Origin: Planctomycetota bacterium
GTDB lineage: Bacteria > Planctomycetota > UBA1135 > UBA2386
Direction: 5' to 3'
Assembly (NCBI GenBank): GCA_016713175.1
Contig: JADJPQ010000009.1
Coordinates: forward strand, 249,652 to 313,651
Length of the DNA stretch: 64,000 bases
The notes under the pieces are model-generated. The model saw only the letters and a program-made list of their open reading frames with translations. It was not told the DNA's origin and ran no database searches. The position numbers were made by a program, and so were the translations under genes. Positions 19,828 through 33,387 of this stretch are shown piece after piece (the first letter of the stretch is position 1; the number at the start of each line of letters is the position of its first letter).

Positions 19828-21381
19828 ATGCCCGATGCCCAAGTTCCCGACCCGGTCGTCGCCACCGATCGGGTGCTGCTGCAAGCCGTGTTGCAGCAGA
19901 TCCTTGCCCGCGTTCGTCGCGAGCAGTTCGAGACCTGGTTCCGATCGATGACCCTGGTCCGTGGCGACGATCGGGAGATCGAACTGTCGGTCACCAGCCA
20001 GTTCGTTCGCGACTGGCTGCACAAGAACTTCCTCGCCACGCTGCAGGAGTCGGTGGTTGCCGCGGTCGGCAAGCGCCGCGTCGTGCTGAGTCTGCGCGAA
20101 GAAGATGGGGTGGACAACCTGGCCCTGGTCGAACTGCCGAGTCTCGGCAGCGAGGCCGCCAAGATCGTCGAGAGTGCCCGGCCGCGGACGCCAACGGATC
20201 GCGGCTCGGATCGCCCAGCGGATCACCCAGCAGGTCGAACGGGCGGGCGCGTCGAGTCGGACCGTCCGGCCTCGCTGGATCGTTCGGTGCCAGCATCAGC
20301 CCTCCCGGCGCACGGACCGCTGTCGAGCTCCAGGCGCCTGCAGCCGTCGCAGCTGAACCCGAACTACACGTTCGACAAGTTCGTGGTCGGTCCATGCAAC
20401 CGTCTGGCGCACGCCTCCGCGCTGGCGATCGGTGAGAACCCCGGTTGTGCCTACAACCCGTTGTTCATCCATGGCAACGTCGGCCTCGGCAAGACCCACC
20501 TGTTGCAGGCGATCTGCCACACGGTCATGCGCCGCGATCCGACCGCGCGGGTGCTCTATCTGAGCTGCGAGGACTTCACCAACGCGTTCATCCACGCGAT
20601 CCAGAACGGCGGTCTCGACGAGTTCCGTGCACTGTATCGCAACGTCGATGTGCTGGTGGTCGACGACATCCAGTTCCTGGCGCAGAAGGAGAAGACGCAG
20701 GACGAGTTCTTCCACACCTTCAACACGCTCTACGACGGGCAACGGCAGATCGTCATCTCGTCGGATCGCCCGCCGATCGAGATTCCGACCGTCGAAGAAC
20801 GGTTGGTGTCGCGCTTCAAGTGGGGCCTGGTCGCCGAGATCGAGGCGCCGTGTCTGGATACCCGGGCAGCGATCGTCCGTCGCAAGGCGAAGGGGCGTGG
20901 TGCCGACATCGGCGACGATGTCGCGCTGTTCATCGCCGAACGGATCACCGCCAACATCCGCGAACTCGAAGGCGCAGTCATCAAAGTCGTCGGTGTCGCG
21001 TCGATCACCGATCGACCGATCACGCGGCAACTCGCCGAGGAAGCCCTGCGCGGCGTTGCCCTGCATCGCCATGCCCAGATCTCGGTCGATGATGTGATCA
21101 CGCTGATCACCGGCGAATTCGCGATCTCGGCCCGCGACCTGACCGGCAAGAGCCGCACGCAAGCCGTTTCGTTGCCAAGGCAGATCGCCATGTATCTGAT
21201 CCGCCAGCACACCGAACTGTCCCTCGAGGACGTCGGTCGCTTCTTCGGCAACCGCGATCACACGACCGTGCTCTACGCCGTCACCAAGATCGGCGAACGG
21301 GCAACCAAGGACCGGATGTTCCACGAACTGCTGTCCGGCCTGAGTTCGCGCCTGGTCACGCGTTCGTTCCGGCAGAATTAG
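19828..21381 (+). CDS. dnaA: Chromosomal replication initiator DnaA
   Basis: NPNYTFDKFVVG..NRLA, YNPLFIHGNVGLGKTHLL, DDIQFL, ELEGA, RQIAMYL, RDHTTVLYA; start chosen at ATG 19828. Confidence 0.97.
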   Translation: MPDAQVPDPVVATDRVLLQAVLQQILARVRREQFETWFRSMTLVRGDDREIELSVTSQFVRDWLHKNFLATLQESVVAAVGKRRVVLSLREEDGVDNLALVELPSLGSEAAKIVESARPRTPTDRGSDRPADHPAGRTGGRVESDRPASLDRSVPASALPAHGPLSSSRRLQPSQLNPNYTFDKFVVGPCNRLAHASALAIGENPGCAYNPLFIHGNVGLGKTHLLQAICHTVMRRDPTARVLYLSCEDFTNAFIHAIQNGGLDEFRALYRNVDVLVVDDIQFLAQKEKTQDEFFHTFNTLYDGQRQIVISSDRPPIEIPTVEERLVSRFKWGLVAEIEAPCLDTRAAIVRRKAKGRGADIGDDVALFIAERITANIRELEGAVIKVVGVASITDRPITRQLAEEALRGVALHRHAQISVDDVITLITGEFAISARDLTGKSRTQAVSLPRQIAMYLIRQHTELSLEDVGRFFGNRDHTTVLYAVTKIGERATKDRMFHELLSGLSSRLVTRSFRQN

Positions 21382-21877
21382 CCGTTCCGGCTGACGCCCG
21401 GCCGCGCGGCGCGGTGTGCCGGGGAAGAGGGTATCGGCGACGCTGAGTCTTCTCGGCCTTCCGGATGTTCATGCCACTCCGATCTTTTGACGTGGGTTGC
21501 TGGTCTCGCTGCCGACCAACCACATGTTGGGCCGGCAATCGTCACGACTCCTGTCAGCAGTCATGGGGCAGGCGGCGGGGAAGCGGCGAGGATCTCTGGA
21601 TGCGGTTCCCCGTGCTGGGAGTAGCCTCGGGCGATCGCTCCTTCCGGGGAAGTCCTGGGGACAGATCCGCGATGTTTTTCGCCGCCTTTCCCCGAGTACC
21701 CGAAACCGCAGCGCAGCGCGCAGCCAGGCTGTTTGGACGTCGAACTCGATGGGTCGAACGGGTAGCCTTCCACACTCGCGACGCCACGGATGGCTTGGAC
21801 GAAGAGATGTACTCTCCAAGTCCTGAATCACCGTGTCGGTCAGCCTCCGTGCCCACTCTCACGTTCACCGCCGCCCG
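21382..21877. other. Probable replication origin (oriC) region
   Basis: About 500-bp non-coding dnaA-dnaN spacer with 5 TTCCCCG copies on both strands, variants TTCCACA and GTCCCCA, and dyads; no canonical TTATCCACA. Confidence 0.55.
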
Positions 21878-22975
21878 ATGAAGATCCTCTGCGACCGCAC
21901 CCAGCTCCAGGAAGCCGTCGGCGTCGTCAGCTCGGTGGTCCCGACCAAGTCTCCCAAGCCGATCCTGCACAACCTGCTGCTGCGGGTCGATGACGAGGGC
22001 ATCACCTTGTTCGCAACCGACCTCGAGATGGCGGCCAAGACGCGCCTGGATGCCGTCAAGGTCAGCCGCAAGGGCTTGTTGCTGTTGCCGGCGCGCGAAG
22101 CTTCAGCGCTGTTGCGCGAGCTGTCCGACCCGACCGTGACGATGGACAGCACGGATCAGCGCTGCCGGATCGAGAGCGGTGGCGGCTCGTTCGTGCTGCT
22201 TGGCGAGGACCCGAGCCAGTTCCCCGAAGAGATCAAGCTGGTCAGCAACAAGCGGGTCGAACTGCCCGCGGGTCGGCTGCTCCGGATGATCCAGGAATCG
22301 GCATTCGCGGCGGCGCGCGAGGAGACCCGCTACGCGATCAACGGCGTGCTGTTCGATCTGGCCGCTGGTTGCCTGCGCCTGGTTGCAACCGACGGCCGTC
22401 GGTTGGCCCTGAGCTACCAGAACATCGATGCCGCCCAGGCCGAGTTCAAGGTGGTGGTGCCGCTGCGGGCGCTGACGACGCTGTCGCGCGCGATCCCGGA
22501 GGGCAGCAAGGATCCGCTGCAGATCGCCGTCGGCGACAAGCAGATCGAGTTCACGTTCGGCAAGACGCAGCTGATCAGCCAGTTGCTCGAGTGCCGGTTC
22601 CCCGACTACGAGGGCGTCGTGCCCAAGGCGGCGGACACCTCCGTCGAGATCCAGAAAGCCGTGCTGGAGAGCGCGCTGCGCAAGACTGCGATCCTGTGTT
22701 CGGATGACCTGCGGATGGTGAAGTTCGAGGTTGGCGACCAGGCACTGCGGATCACCGCCGAGAGTTCGGCCCGCGGCCGCGCCGACGTCAGCGTCGACGT
22801 CAACGTCAAGGGCGCCGGCGGATCGATCAACTTCAACCCGGACTACATCCTGGAAGCGCTGCGCGTCTGCCAACTCGACCAGGTGCGCCTGGACATGTCG
22901 GACGATTCGATGCCGGCGAAGTTCACGCTCGGCGAGTCGTTCACCTATGTCGTGATGCCGATCAGTGGAACCTGA
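21878..22975 (+). CDS. dnaN: DNA polymerase III beta sliding clamp
   Basis: ATDLE, RYAINGVLF, VATDGRRLA, FPDYE, FNPDYILEAL, YVVMPI. Confidence 0.96.
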   Translation: MKILCDRTQLQEAVGVVSSVVPTKSPKPILHNLLLRVDDEGITLFATDLEMAAKTRLDAVKVSRKGLLLLPAREASALLRELSDPTVTMDSTDQRCRIESGGGSFVLLGEDPSQFPEEIKLVSNKRVELPAGRLLRMIQESAFAAAREETRYAINGVLFDLAAGCLRLVATDGRRLALSYQNIDAAQAEFKVVVPLRALTTLSRAIPEGSKDPLQIAVGDKQIEFTFGKTQLISQLLECRFPDYEGVVPKAADTSVEIQKAVLESALRKTAILCSDDLRMVKFEVGDQALRITAESSARGRADVSVDVNVKGAGGSINFNPDYILEALRVCQLDQVRLDMSDDSMPAKFTLGESFTYVVMPISGT

Positions 22976-23005
22976 GGTGGGGGAACCTGAGGTGGGGCAC
23001 CTGAA

Positions 23006-23009
<4 letters not shown>
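22967..23009 (+). repeat. Three tandem 14-15 bp repeats GG(A/C)ACCTGA(G/A)GTGG
   Basis: Units at 22967-22980, 22982-22995 and 22996-23009, spanning the dnaN stop and the next start codon. Confidence 0.85.
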
Positions 23010-25802
<2,793 letters not shown>

Positions 25803-25838
25803 CGACAACCCGCGGCCCGATCCGGCCACGCCTGCCCG

Positions 25839-27311
25839 ATGCATCGCATCCGCTACCTCGTCGGCTTGTTGACGCTGGCTCTGGCCGTGGGCGGCACCTG
25901 GGTGCTGCTGTGCTGGTTGCGGGCCGGCGAAGAACGGCCCGGTCTGCAGCTGCGGGTCGAGTTCCGCGATGCGCGCGGGTTGCGTGGCGGCGCCGATGTC
26001 CGTTATCGCGGGGTCACGGTCGGCACGGTGCGATCGGTGCAGATCGGCGAGGACGGCCACAAGGCGGTCGCCAACCTGGTGCTGGATCCGATCGGCGCGC
26101 GCCAGGCCGCGGTCAACAGCGCGTTCTGGATCGTGTCGCCGCGCTTTGCCGGGTTGACTGGCGGTGCGAGCGGCCTCGATACGCTGGTGCGCGACACCTA
26201 CGTCGCGTTCGTGACCCAGGACCCGCGTGGCACCGAACTGGTGCACGGCAGCCTGATCGCCGGCAGCGAACGACCGCCGGCGAACGTCGAACCGGAGAGC
26301 CTCGAGCCGATCGAGCATGGCGACCTGCTGATGAGCGTGCTGGTGCCGGAGAACCACGGCCTGAAGCCGGGGTCGGCGGTGATCTTCCGCGGCACCCAGA
26401 CCGGCGACGTGCGCGCGGTCGAACTCGCCAGCGATGGCAGCCATGTGCAGGTCCGGCTGCGCGTCGCGCGCCGCTTCCGTGCCACGGTCACCGACAAGTC
26501 GGTGTTCTGGATCGCCCGGCCTCACCTGTCCGGGGCGCTGTTCTCCGGCTTCACCGTCAGCGATGTCGGCTCGCTGTTGTCGCCGTTCGTCAACTACTGG
26601 ACGGAACCTGGGCAGGGTCTGCCCGCCGAAGATGGCCTGCGTGTCGCTGCGGTGGCGTCGCGGCCGGAGGTGCGGATCCCGGAAGTTCCGGCGGCGGCGT
26701 TGCAATCGGCGCAGCCGGCGCCGGCAGTCCGTGGTGACCCCCTGGTCCTGGTGCGGGTCATCTACGCCGCCCAGGAGGAAGACACCTTCAGCGCCAACGA
26801 CGCGATCCGCCGCGAGGGCACCGGAGTGTTGTTCCTCGACGCCTCCGGGCGTCCGGTGGTGGTGACGGCGCGCAGCCTGGTCGATGGCGCCTGGACCGAG
26901 GAGGACACGTTCGGCGGCGATCCCGAGATCATCGACGAACACATCAAGGTCGTCGTGCCGCAAGGACCGGTGCTGCGCGCCGGCCGGGTGTGGACCGCGC
27001 CGGGCGACCGCGACCTCGCAGCCTTGGTGCTGGAAGACGCGCCGCCCGATCTGCGCAGCACACCGGCGAATCTGCTCGACTTCGCGATCGAACCGACGGC
27101 CGGCCACGTGCATGCGCTGCAGCCGGATGGCCTGGCAGCACCGGCGCAGGAGGCCACAGCACCGCCAGCGGACGTGGCGGCCGTTCGCGGCGCCGCGCTG
27201 GTGCACGATGGCCGCGTTGGCGCGATCTGTGGTCAGGCCAGTGGCCGTGACGCGACTCCGGCCTGGGCACCGCTGGCGTTGCTGCCGGTCGACCTACGCC
27301 CGGGGAACTGA
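25839..27311 (+). CDS. MlaD/MCE family protein: N-terminal TM, two MCE domains, C-terminal trypsin-like domain lacking catalytic residues
   Basis: FRDARGLRGGADVRYRGVTVGTV and GLKPGSAVIFRGTQTGDV; FWI motif in both repeats; C-terminus GTGV..VVTARSL..DLAALVL..GRVGAI. Confidence 0.8.
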   Translation: MHRIRYLVGLLTLALAVGGTWVLLCWLRAGEERPGLQLRVEFRDARGLRGGADVRYRGVTVGTVRSVQIGEDGHKAVANLVLDPIGARQAAVNSAFWIVSPRFAGLTGGASGLDTLVRDTYVAFVTQDPRGTELVHGSLIAGSERPPANVEPESLEPIEHGDLLMSVLVPENHGLKPGSAVIFRGTQTGDVRAVELASDGSHVQVRLRVARRFRATVTDKSVFWIARPHLSGALFSGFTVSDVGSLLSPFVNYWTEPGQGLPAEDGLRVAAVASRPEVRIPEVPAAALQSAQPAPAVRGDPLVLVRVIYAAQEEDTFSANDAIRREGTGVLFLDASGRPVVVTARSLVDGAWTEEDTFGGDPEIIDEHIKVVVPQGPVLRAGRVWTAPGDRDLAALVLEDAPPDLRSTPANLLDFAIEPTAGHVHALQPDGLAAPAQEATAPPADVAAVRGAALVHDGRVGAICGQASGRDATPAWAPLALLPVDLRPGN

Positions 27312-27312
27312 C

Positions 27313-28845
27313 GTGACGGCTGCCGTGGTGCCGACCGGGTCCGGCTTGCCGCCGTTCTGGGCCTTCGAGCAGTTCTCGCTCGCGCATCGCCGGGCGGACA
27401 GCGAGGAAGTGCTGCTGGCGAACGTCCCGCTGTCGGTGCCGGCCGGCGGGTTCTTCCTGTTCGTCGGTCCAAGTGGCGGCGGCAAGTCGTCGCTGCTGCG
27501 CCTGTGCGCCGGTCTGGTCGAAGCGCGCGAGCCGGCACCACGATTGGGTGGCGGATTCCGCTGCCTCGGCCTCGATCTGTGTGCCGACTATCCGGCAGAG
27601 CTGCACGGCAGGGTCGCTGCGATCCTGCAGGACGAAGGGTTGCTCGACGAACTGTCGCCGCGCCAGAACGTCGAACTGGCGCTGCGCGCCGCCCAACGTT
27701 CGCCGAAGTTGGCACCCGGCCTGCTGGCCCAGGTCGGCCTCGAGCATGCACCGGAACGGGTGGCCCAATTGTCCGGCGGCATGCGCAAACGCCTGGCTGT
27801 CGCCCGGGCGCTCGCCGCGGACCCTGAAGTGATGCTATGTGACGAACCGACCGCCGGCCTCGATCCCGAGGCCGCGCGTCAGGTGGCGGCGCTGCTCCAG
27901 CAGAGCCACGACGGCGGTCGCGGTCGGACCACGGTGATCATCACGCACGATCAGGCGGCGTTCGATGGGCTCGTCGACGGCATCCTGGTGCTCGATCGCG
28001 GCAATCGCACATTGCGCCTGGAGCCGCCGACGTTCCGCTGGCAGCCGGACGGCGGACGGGCTCGCGCACCGGAGGCACAGGAAGGCGAGGGGCCGGCACT
28101 GCATGGCCTGCGCCGGCAACTGTTGCGGCTGGCGTCGGTGCTGGAGACCGTCGTCGAGTCCCTGGTGCGGCTGCCACCGGTGGAACCGGGTCAGGTGGCC
28201 AGGACGACCCTGCGTCTGCTGACCGAGTCGATCGCGTTCATCGCCGTCGCCGGCGGTGTGATCGGCGGCATGGCGACGTTCTTCGCGCTGCGCAACAACC
28301 CGATCCAGGGTGGCTTCGAGACGGCGCTGCTGACCGGCACCGGCAAGGTGCTGACTGCGGTACTGGTGCCGCTGCTCAGTGGGTTCTTCTTCACCGCGCG
28401 GATCGCCGCCGGCGCCGCGGCCAGGTTGGGCACGATGAAGCGCAACAACCAGATTGCCGCGCTGCAGATGATGGGCATCCGCCCGGCGGACTACCTGCTG
28501 ACGCCGCTGATCTGGGGCATGGTGCTGGCCATGCCATTGGTGACCCTGGCCGGTGTCGTCGCGTCCGCGTTCGCCGGGCTGTTCGCGGCCCAGGGAGTGT
28601 CGGGGATCACGACAATCGGCTGGGCCACGGCGTGGTTCCAGGCCGTCGACCTGCGTGATGTCGAGATCGTCGCGCTGAAGTCGGCGCTGTCGGGCTATCT
28701 GGTCGCAGTGACCACGTGGCATCTGGCGACCGGTCCCAAGCGTTCCGGCGGCGAAGTCGGGGAAGCGGTCAATGCCGCGATCGTGATCGGCATGGCGGCG
28801 GTGCTGGCGGTGCACGCCGGGTTGACGTTCCTGGTCTACGCCTGA
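27313..28845 (+). CDS. MlaF-like ABC ATPase fused to an MlaE-like permease
   Basis: GPSGGGKS, LSGGMRKR, CDEPTAGLDP, ITHD, then TM region with RLGTMKRNNQIAALQMMGIRPADYL (MlaE EAA-like) and GEAVNAAIV, all in one frame. Confidence 0.85.
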   Translation: MTAAVVPTGSGLPPFWAFEQFSLAHRRADSEEVLLANVPLSVPAGGFFLFVGPSGGGKSSLLRLCAGLVEAREPAPRLGGGFRCLGLDLCADYPAELHGRVAAILQDEGLLDELSPRQNVELALRAAQRSPKLAPGLLAQVGLEHAPERVAQLSGGMRKRLAVARALAADPEVMLCDEPTAGLDPEAARQVAALLQQSHDGGRGRTTVIITHDQAAFDGLVDGILVLDRGNRTLRLEPPTFRWQPDGGRARAPEAQEGEGPALHGLRRQLLRLASVLETVVESLVRLPPVEPGQVARTTLRLLTESIAFIAVAGGVIGGMATFFALRNNPIQGGFETALLTGTGKVLTAVLVPLLSGFFFTARIAAGAAARLGTMKRNNQIAALQMMGIRPADYLLTPLIWGMVLAMPLVTLAGVVASAFAGLFAAQGVSGITTIGWATAWFQAVDLRDVEIVALKSALSGYLVAVTTWHLATGPKRSGGEVGEAVNAAIVIGMAAVLAVHAGLTFLVYA

Positions 28846-28885
28846 GGGCGCTGCTGCGGCGGCATCGGTGGTTCGTTCAAGCCGG

Positions 28886-29566
28886 ATGCAGCGTCGAACC
28901 GATGATCGAGCCGTGAAGGGCCTCGACAAGCTGACTTCGGTGCGCCTCGCGGAAGTCCTCACCCAGAAGGGTGTGGTGCCGGCCGAGGTGATCACCGATG
29001 CGCTGTACGCGCAGGACAAGAACGGCGAACCCTTCGTGCAGGTGCTGATCGGCGGCGGTCACATCACCGAGTGGGATCTCGCCAAGCTGGTCACCGAGAA
29101 CTTCCAGCTGCCGTTCCTGATGGCCGGCAACTACCAGATCTCGGAAGCCGCGCGCGACCGGCTGCCCAAGGAGCTGCTGTTCCGCCACATGCTGGTGCCG
29201 CTGGATGCGATCGACAACGTCGTCTGCGTGTCGATGCCGGTGCTGACGCCGTTCGAAGTGCTGATGAAGATCCAGAAGGAGCACAATTGCGATGTGTTCC
29301 CCTATGTCGGCCTGATCACCGAGAACAAGAAGGTCTTGTCCGACCTGTTCAAGGACTTCCCGCAGTGGTTGGAGGACGACCAGAAGCGACGTGAGGCGGG
29401 TGCGGCGAAGCGGGCGACCCAGAAGGACAGCAAGGACAAGGTCGGCGACTGGATGAGCGTGTTCGACGCCGGCGACCAGGCGATCAAGGACCGACCCTCC
29501 GTGCGCAAGCCGGTGACGCCCCCACCGACGTCCAGCACGGCCCTGCCGCCGAAGAAGCCGGGCTGA
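28886..29566 (+). CDS. Stand-alone MshEN/T2SSE-N domain protein
   Basis: RLAEVLTQKGVV...ITDALYAQ, then FVQVLI..GHITEWDLAKLV; no ATPase domain; start ATG 28886 or GTG 28913. Confidence 0.65.
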   Translation: MQRRTDDRAVKGLDKLTSVRLAEVLTQKGVVPAEVITDALYAQDKNGEPFVQVLIGGGHITEWDLAKLVTENFQLPFLMAGNYQISEAARDRLPKELLFRHMLVPLDAIDNVVCVSMPVLTPFEVLMKIQKEHNCDVFPYVGLITENKKVLSDLFKDFPQWLEDDQKRREAGAAKRATQKDSKDKVGDWMSVFDAGDQAIKDRPSVRKPVTPPPTSSTALPPKKPG

Positions 29567-29569
29567 GTC

Positions 29570-29959
29570 TCAGCCGGCCGGTGGACCCGCCGTGCCGTTT
29601 GGATCGACCGCTGGTGGCGCCGACGGCTCGGGCGCCGGATCGGCTGACGACAGCGCCTCGTTGGTCAGATCGCGCAGCATCCTTTCGGGCTCGCGCCGGA
29701 CCTGATCGATCATCGCGGTCGGCTGTTCCGCCGCCCGCCGAACGTCCTGGACGGTGTCCTGCAACGCTCGCTTGGCGTCGCGCAACGACCCATCGGCGTC
29801 CATCTGGCTCTTGAACTCGGCCATGCCGCGCTTCAGCTGGGCAACGGTGCGGCCGAGCGAACGGCCGACCTCGGGCAGGTTGCGGCCGTAGAGCAGCAGG
29901 CCGATCCCCAGCAGGATCACCATCTCCGTGAAACCGAGTGTCGGCAGGAACGCGAACAC
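29570..29959 (-). CDS. Twin-arginine translocase TatA/TatB family subunit
   Basis: GFTEMVILLGIGLLLYGRNLPEVGRSLGRTVAQLKRGMAEFK. Confidence 0.85.
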   Translation of the reverse strand: MFAFLPTLGFTEMVILLGIGLLLYGRNLPEVGRSLGRTVAQLKRGMAEFKSQMDADGSLRDAKRALQDTVQDVRRAAEQPTAMIDQVRREPERMLRDLTNEALSSADPAPEPSAPPAVDPNGTAGPPAG

Positions 29960-30044
29960 GGCAGCATCCTATCGGCCGAGGCCCATCGTTGCTCGCCCGC
30001 ACCTGGAACCGACGGAGCCCGTTCCTTACCCTGTTCGCCCCCTC

Positions 30045-31637
<1,593 letters not shown>

Positions 31638-31670
31638 GCGACGTCGTCCGTCGCGGCGCGACCGGTTCGG

Positions 31671-32198
31671 TCAGTGTCGCTTCAGACCGACCGACAGCCC
31701 CAGCAGCGCGAGGCCGGCCGCCGGCAGGCTGCCGGTCATGAAGCGCTGGAAGTCGCCCCACTCGTGCTCGACCGCGGCGGCGAAGCGATCCCACACCGTC
31801 TGGATCGCGTTCCAATCGACGTTCACCAGCCCGAAGTACGAAAGCAGGAACGTCATGAACAGCCAGAAGCCGAGCGCGATGCTGGCGACCTTCACCATCG
31901 TGCGGATGAAACTGCCGATGCAGAAGCCGGCGAGGAACGAGAAGCCGAGGCGGAAGACCCCTTTGCTGGCCGGTTCGGGCGCCGCACTGGTCGATCCGCC
32001 GCCGAGGCCAGGCACGAAGGCGGCGCCGGCACCGCTCTCGCCGGTCGGCGGGTGCGCGCCGTGCGATGCGGACAACACACCGCCTGCGGCGGCGGCAAGC
32101 GTCGCACCGGCGACGAGGGCCTTCTTCCAGCCCGGCATGGCCTTCAACCAGCCGGAGAACGAGCGACTCGGGTCGGGTGAGGTCTTCGGATCGGCCAT
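31671..32198 (-). CDS. FUN14 family membrane protein
   Basis: GFSFLAGFCIGSFIR..VK...LLSYFGLVNVDW pattern; start chosen at ATG 32198. Confidence 0.7.
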   Translation of the reverse strand: MADPKTSPDPSRSFSGWLKAMPGWKKALVAGATLAAAAGGVLSASHGAHPPTGESGAGAAFVPGLGGGSTSAAPEPASKGVFRLGFSFLAGFCIGSFIRTMVKVASIALGFWLFMTFLLSYFGLVNVDWNAIQTVWDRFAAAVEHEWGDFQRFMTGSLPAAGLALLGLSVGLKRH

Positions 32199-32345
32199 GG
32201 GTGCGCGAAGAGGGGCGCAGAGACTAACCGCTGCAACCGCTGCGTGCGGTGCGGCGAACGGCACAAAACGCCTGAATCTGCTTGAGGCACCCAGGTAGGC
32301 CCGCTTTCTTCCGACATACCTCACTTTTTCGGAGTCCAGAAACGA

Positions 32346-33371
32346 ATGCGCATCCCTCTCGCAGTCCTGCTGGCTGCAACCGTCGCCTCGGTTGCCAGCG
32401 CGCAGGACAAGGTCACGTTGTCCAACGGTGACGTGGTGACCGGCGCCATCAAGACGATGGCCGATGGCAAGTTGACGATCTCGTCGCCGCTGGTCGGCGA
32501 CATCACCATCCCGCTGGCCAACATCGCCAATCTGTCGACCGGCGCCCCGGTCGACCTGCTCAACACCGACGGTGAACGGTTCAAGCGCCGCATCGCCGGT
32601 ATCGAAGGCGGTGACCTGAAGCTCGAAGGCGACATCCCGAGCCTGGCACTGTCGCGGCTGGGCCAGATCAATCCCCCCGCGAAGGTGCCGGAGAGCTGGA
32701 CCGGATCACTGACCGCCGGTGGTTGGATCACCAGTGGCAACACCGAGCGTCGCGCCATCGGCCTCGCGTTCGAGGCTGTACGCCGATCCGAGATCGACCG
32801 TATCACCGCCGATGCGTCGTGGGACTACTCCGAGGACAAGGCGACCGGTGACTGGGTGCTGAACCAGCGCCGCGCCGGCGGTGGCCTCAAGTACGACTAC
32901 TTCCTGACCAAGAAGTGGTACCTGATCGCGACCGCGCGCGTGCTCGGCGACACGCTGGCGAACATCAACCTCCGGTTCACCGGCGGTTTCGGCCTCGGCT
33001 ACCAGTGGGTCGAGAACGACACGACCAACTTCTCGACGGAAGCCGGTCTGTCGTACTTCAACGAGAACTACCGCCGGGATCCGGTCCTCAACGTTGCCGA
33101 TCCGAGCGTCGACTACCTCGCGGCTCGGGTGGCCTACAAATTGAGCCACAAGCTCAGCGACACGACGAAGCTGCTGCACGGCACCGAGGCGTTCCCGAGT
33201 CTGGAAGACGCCAACGACGTCTACTTCCAGATGAAGACCGAAGTGCAGACCAACTTGACCGCGAGCATGATCGCTTCGCTGGGCTGGGTCTGGGACTACG
33301 ACAACACGCCGGCGACGGGTCGCGATCGTTCCGACCATCGCGTGTTGCTGGCGGTCGGCTGGACGTTCTGA
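32346..33371 (+). CDS. DUF481/YdiY-like outer-membrane beta-barrel protein
   Basis: Signal peptide; L.NGD.VTG N-domain; SGNTE; alternating beta strands ending VGWTF. Confidence 0.8.
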   Translation: MRIPLAVLLAATVASVASAQDKVTLSNGDVVTGAIKTMADGKLTISSPLVGDITIPLANIANLSTGAPVDLLNTDGERFKRRIAGIEGGDLKLEGDIPSLALSRLGQINPPAKVPESWTGSLTAGGWITSGNTERRAIGLAFEAVRRSEIDRITADASWDYSEDKATGDWVLNQRRAGGGLKYDYFLTKKWYLIATARVLGDTLANINLRFTGGFGLGYQWVENDTTNFSTEAGLSYFNENYRRDPVLNVADPSVDYLAARVAYKLSHKLSDTTKLLHGTEAFPSLEDANDVYFQMKTEVQTNLTASMIASLGWVWDYDNTPATGRDRSDHRVLLAVGWTF

Positions 33372-33387
33372 TCGAACGGTTTCCGCG

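Noticed and set aside
21645-21665. GGAAGTCC resembling the RNase P RNA P4 5' strand
   Set aside because: No matching 3' AGAACCCGGCTTA-like element or other RNase P helices; tmRNA ends also absent.
21465-21993. Several short ORFs in the dnaA-dnaN spacer
   Set aside because: No codon bias, RBS or recognisable motifs; they overlap each other; better explained as origin DNA.
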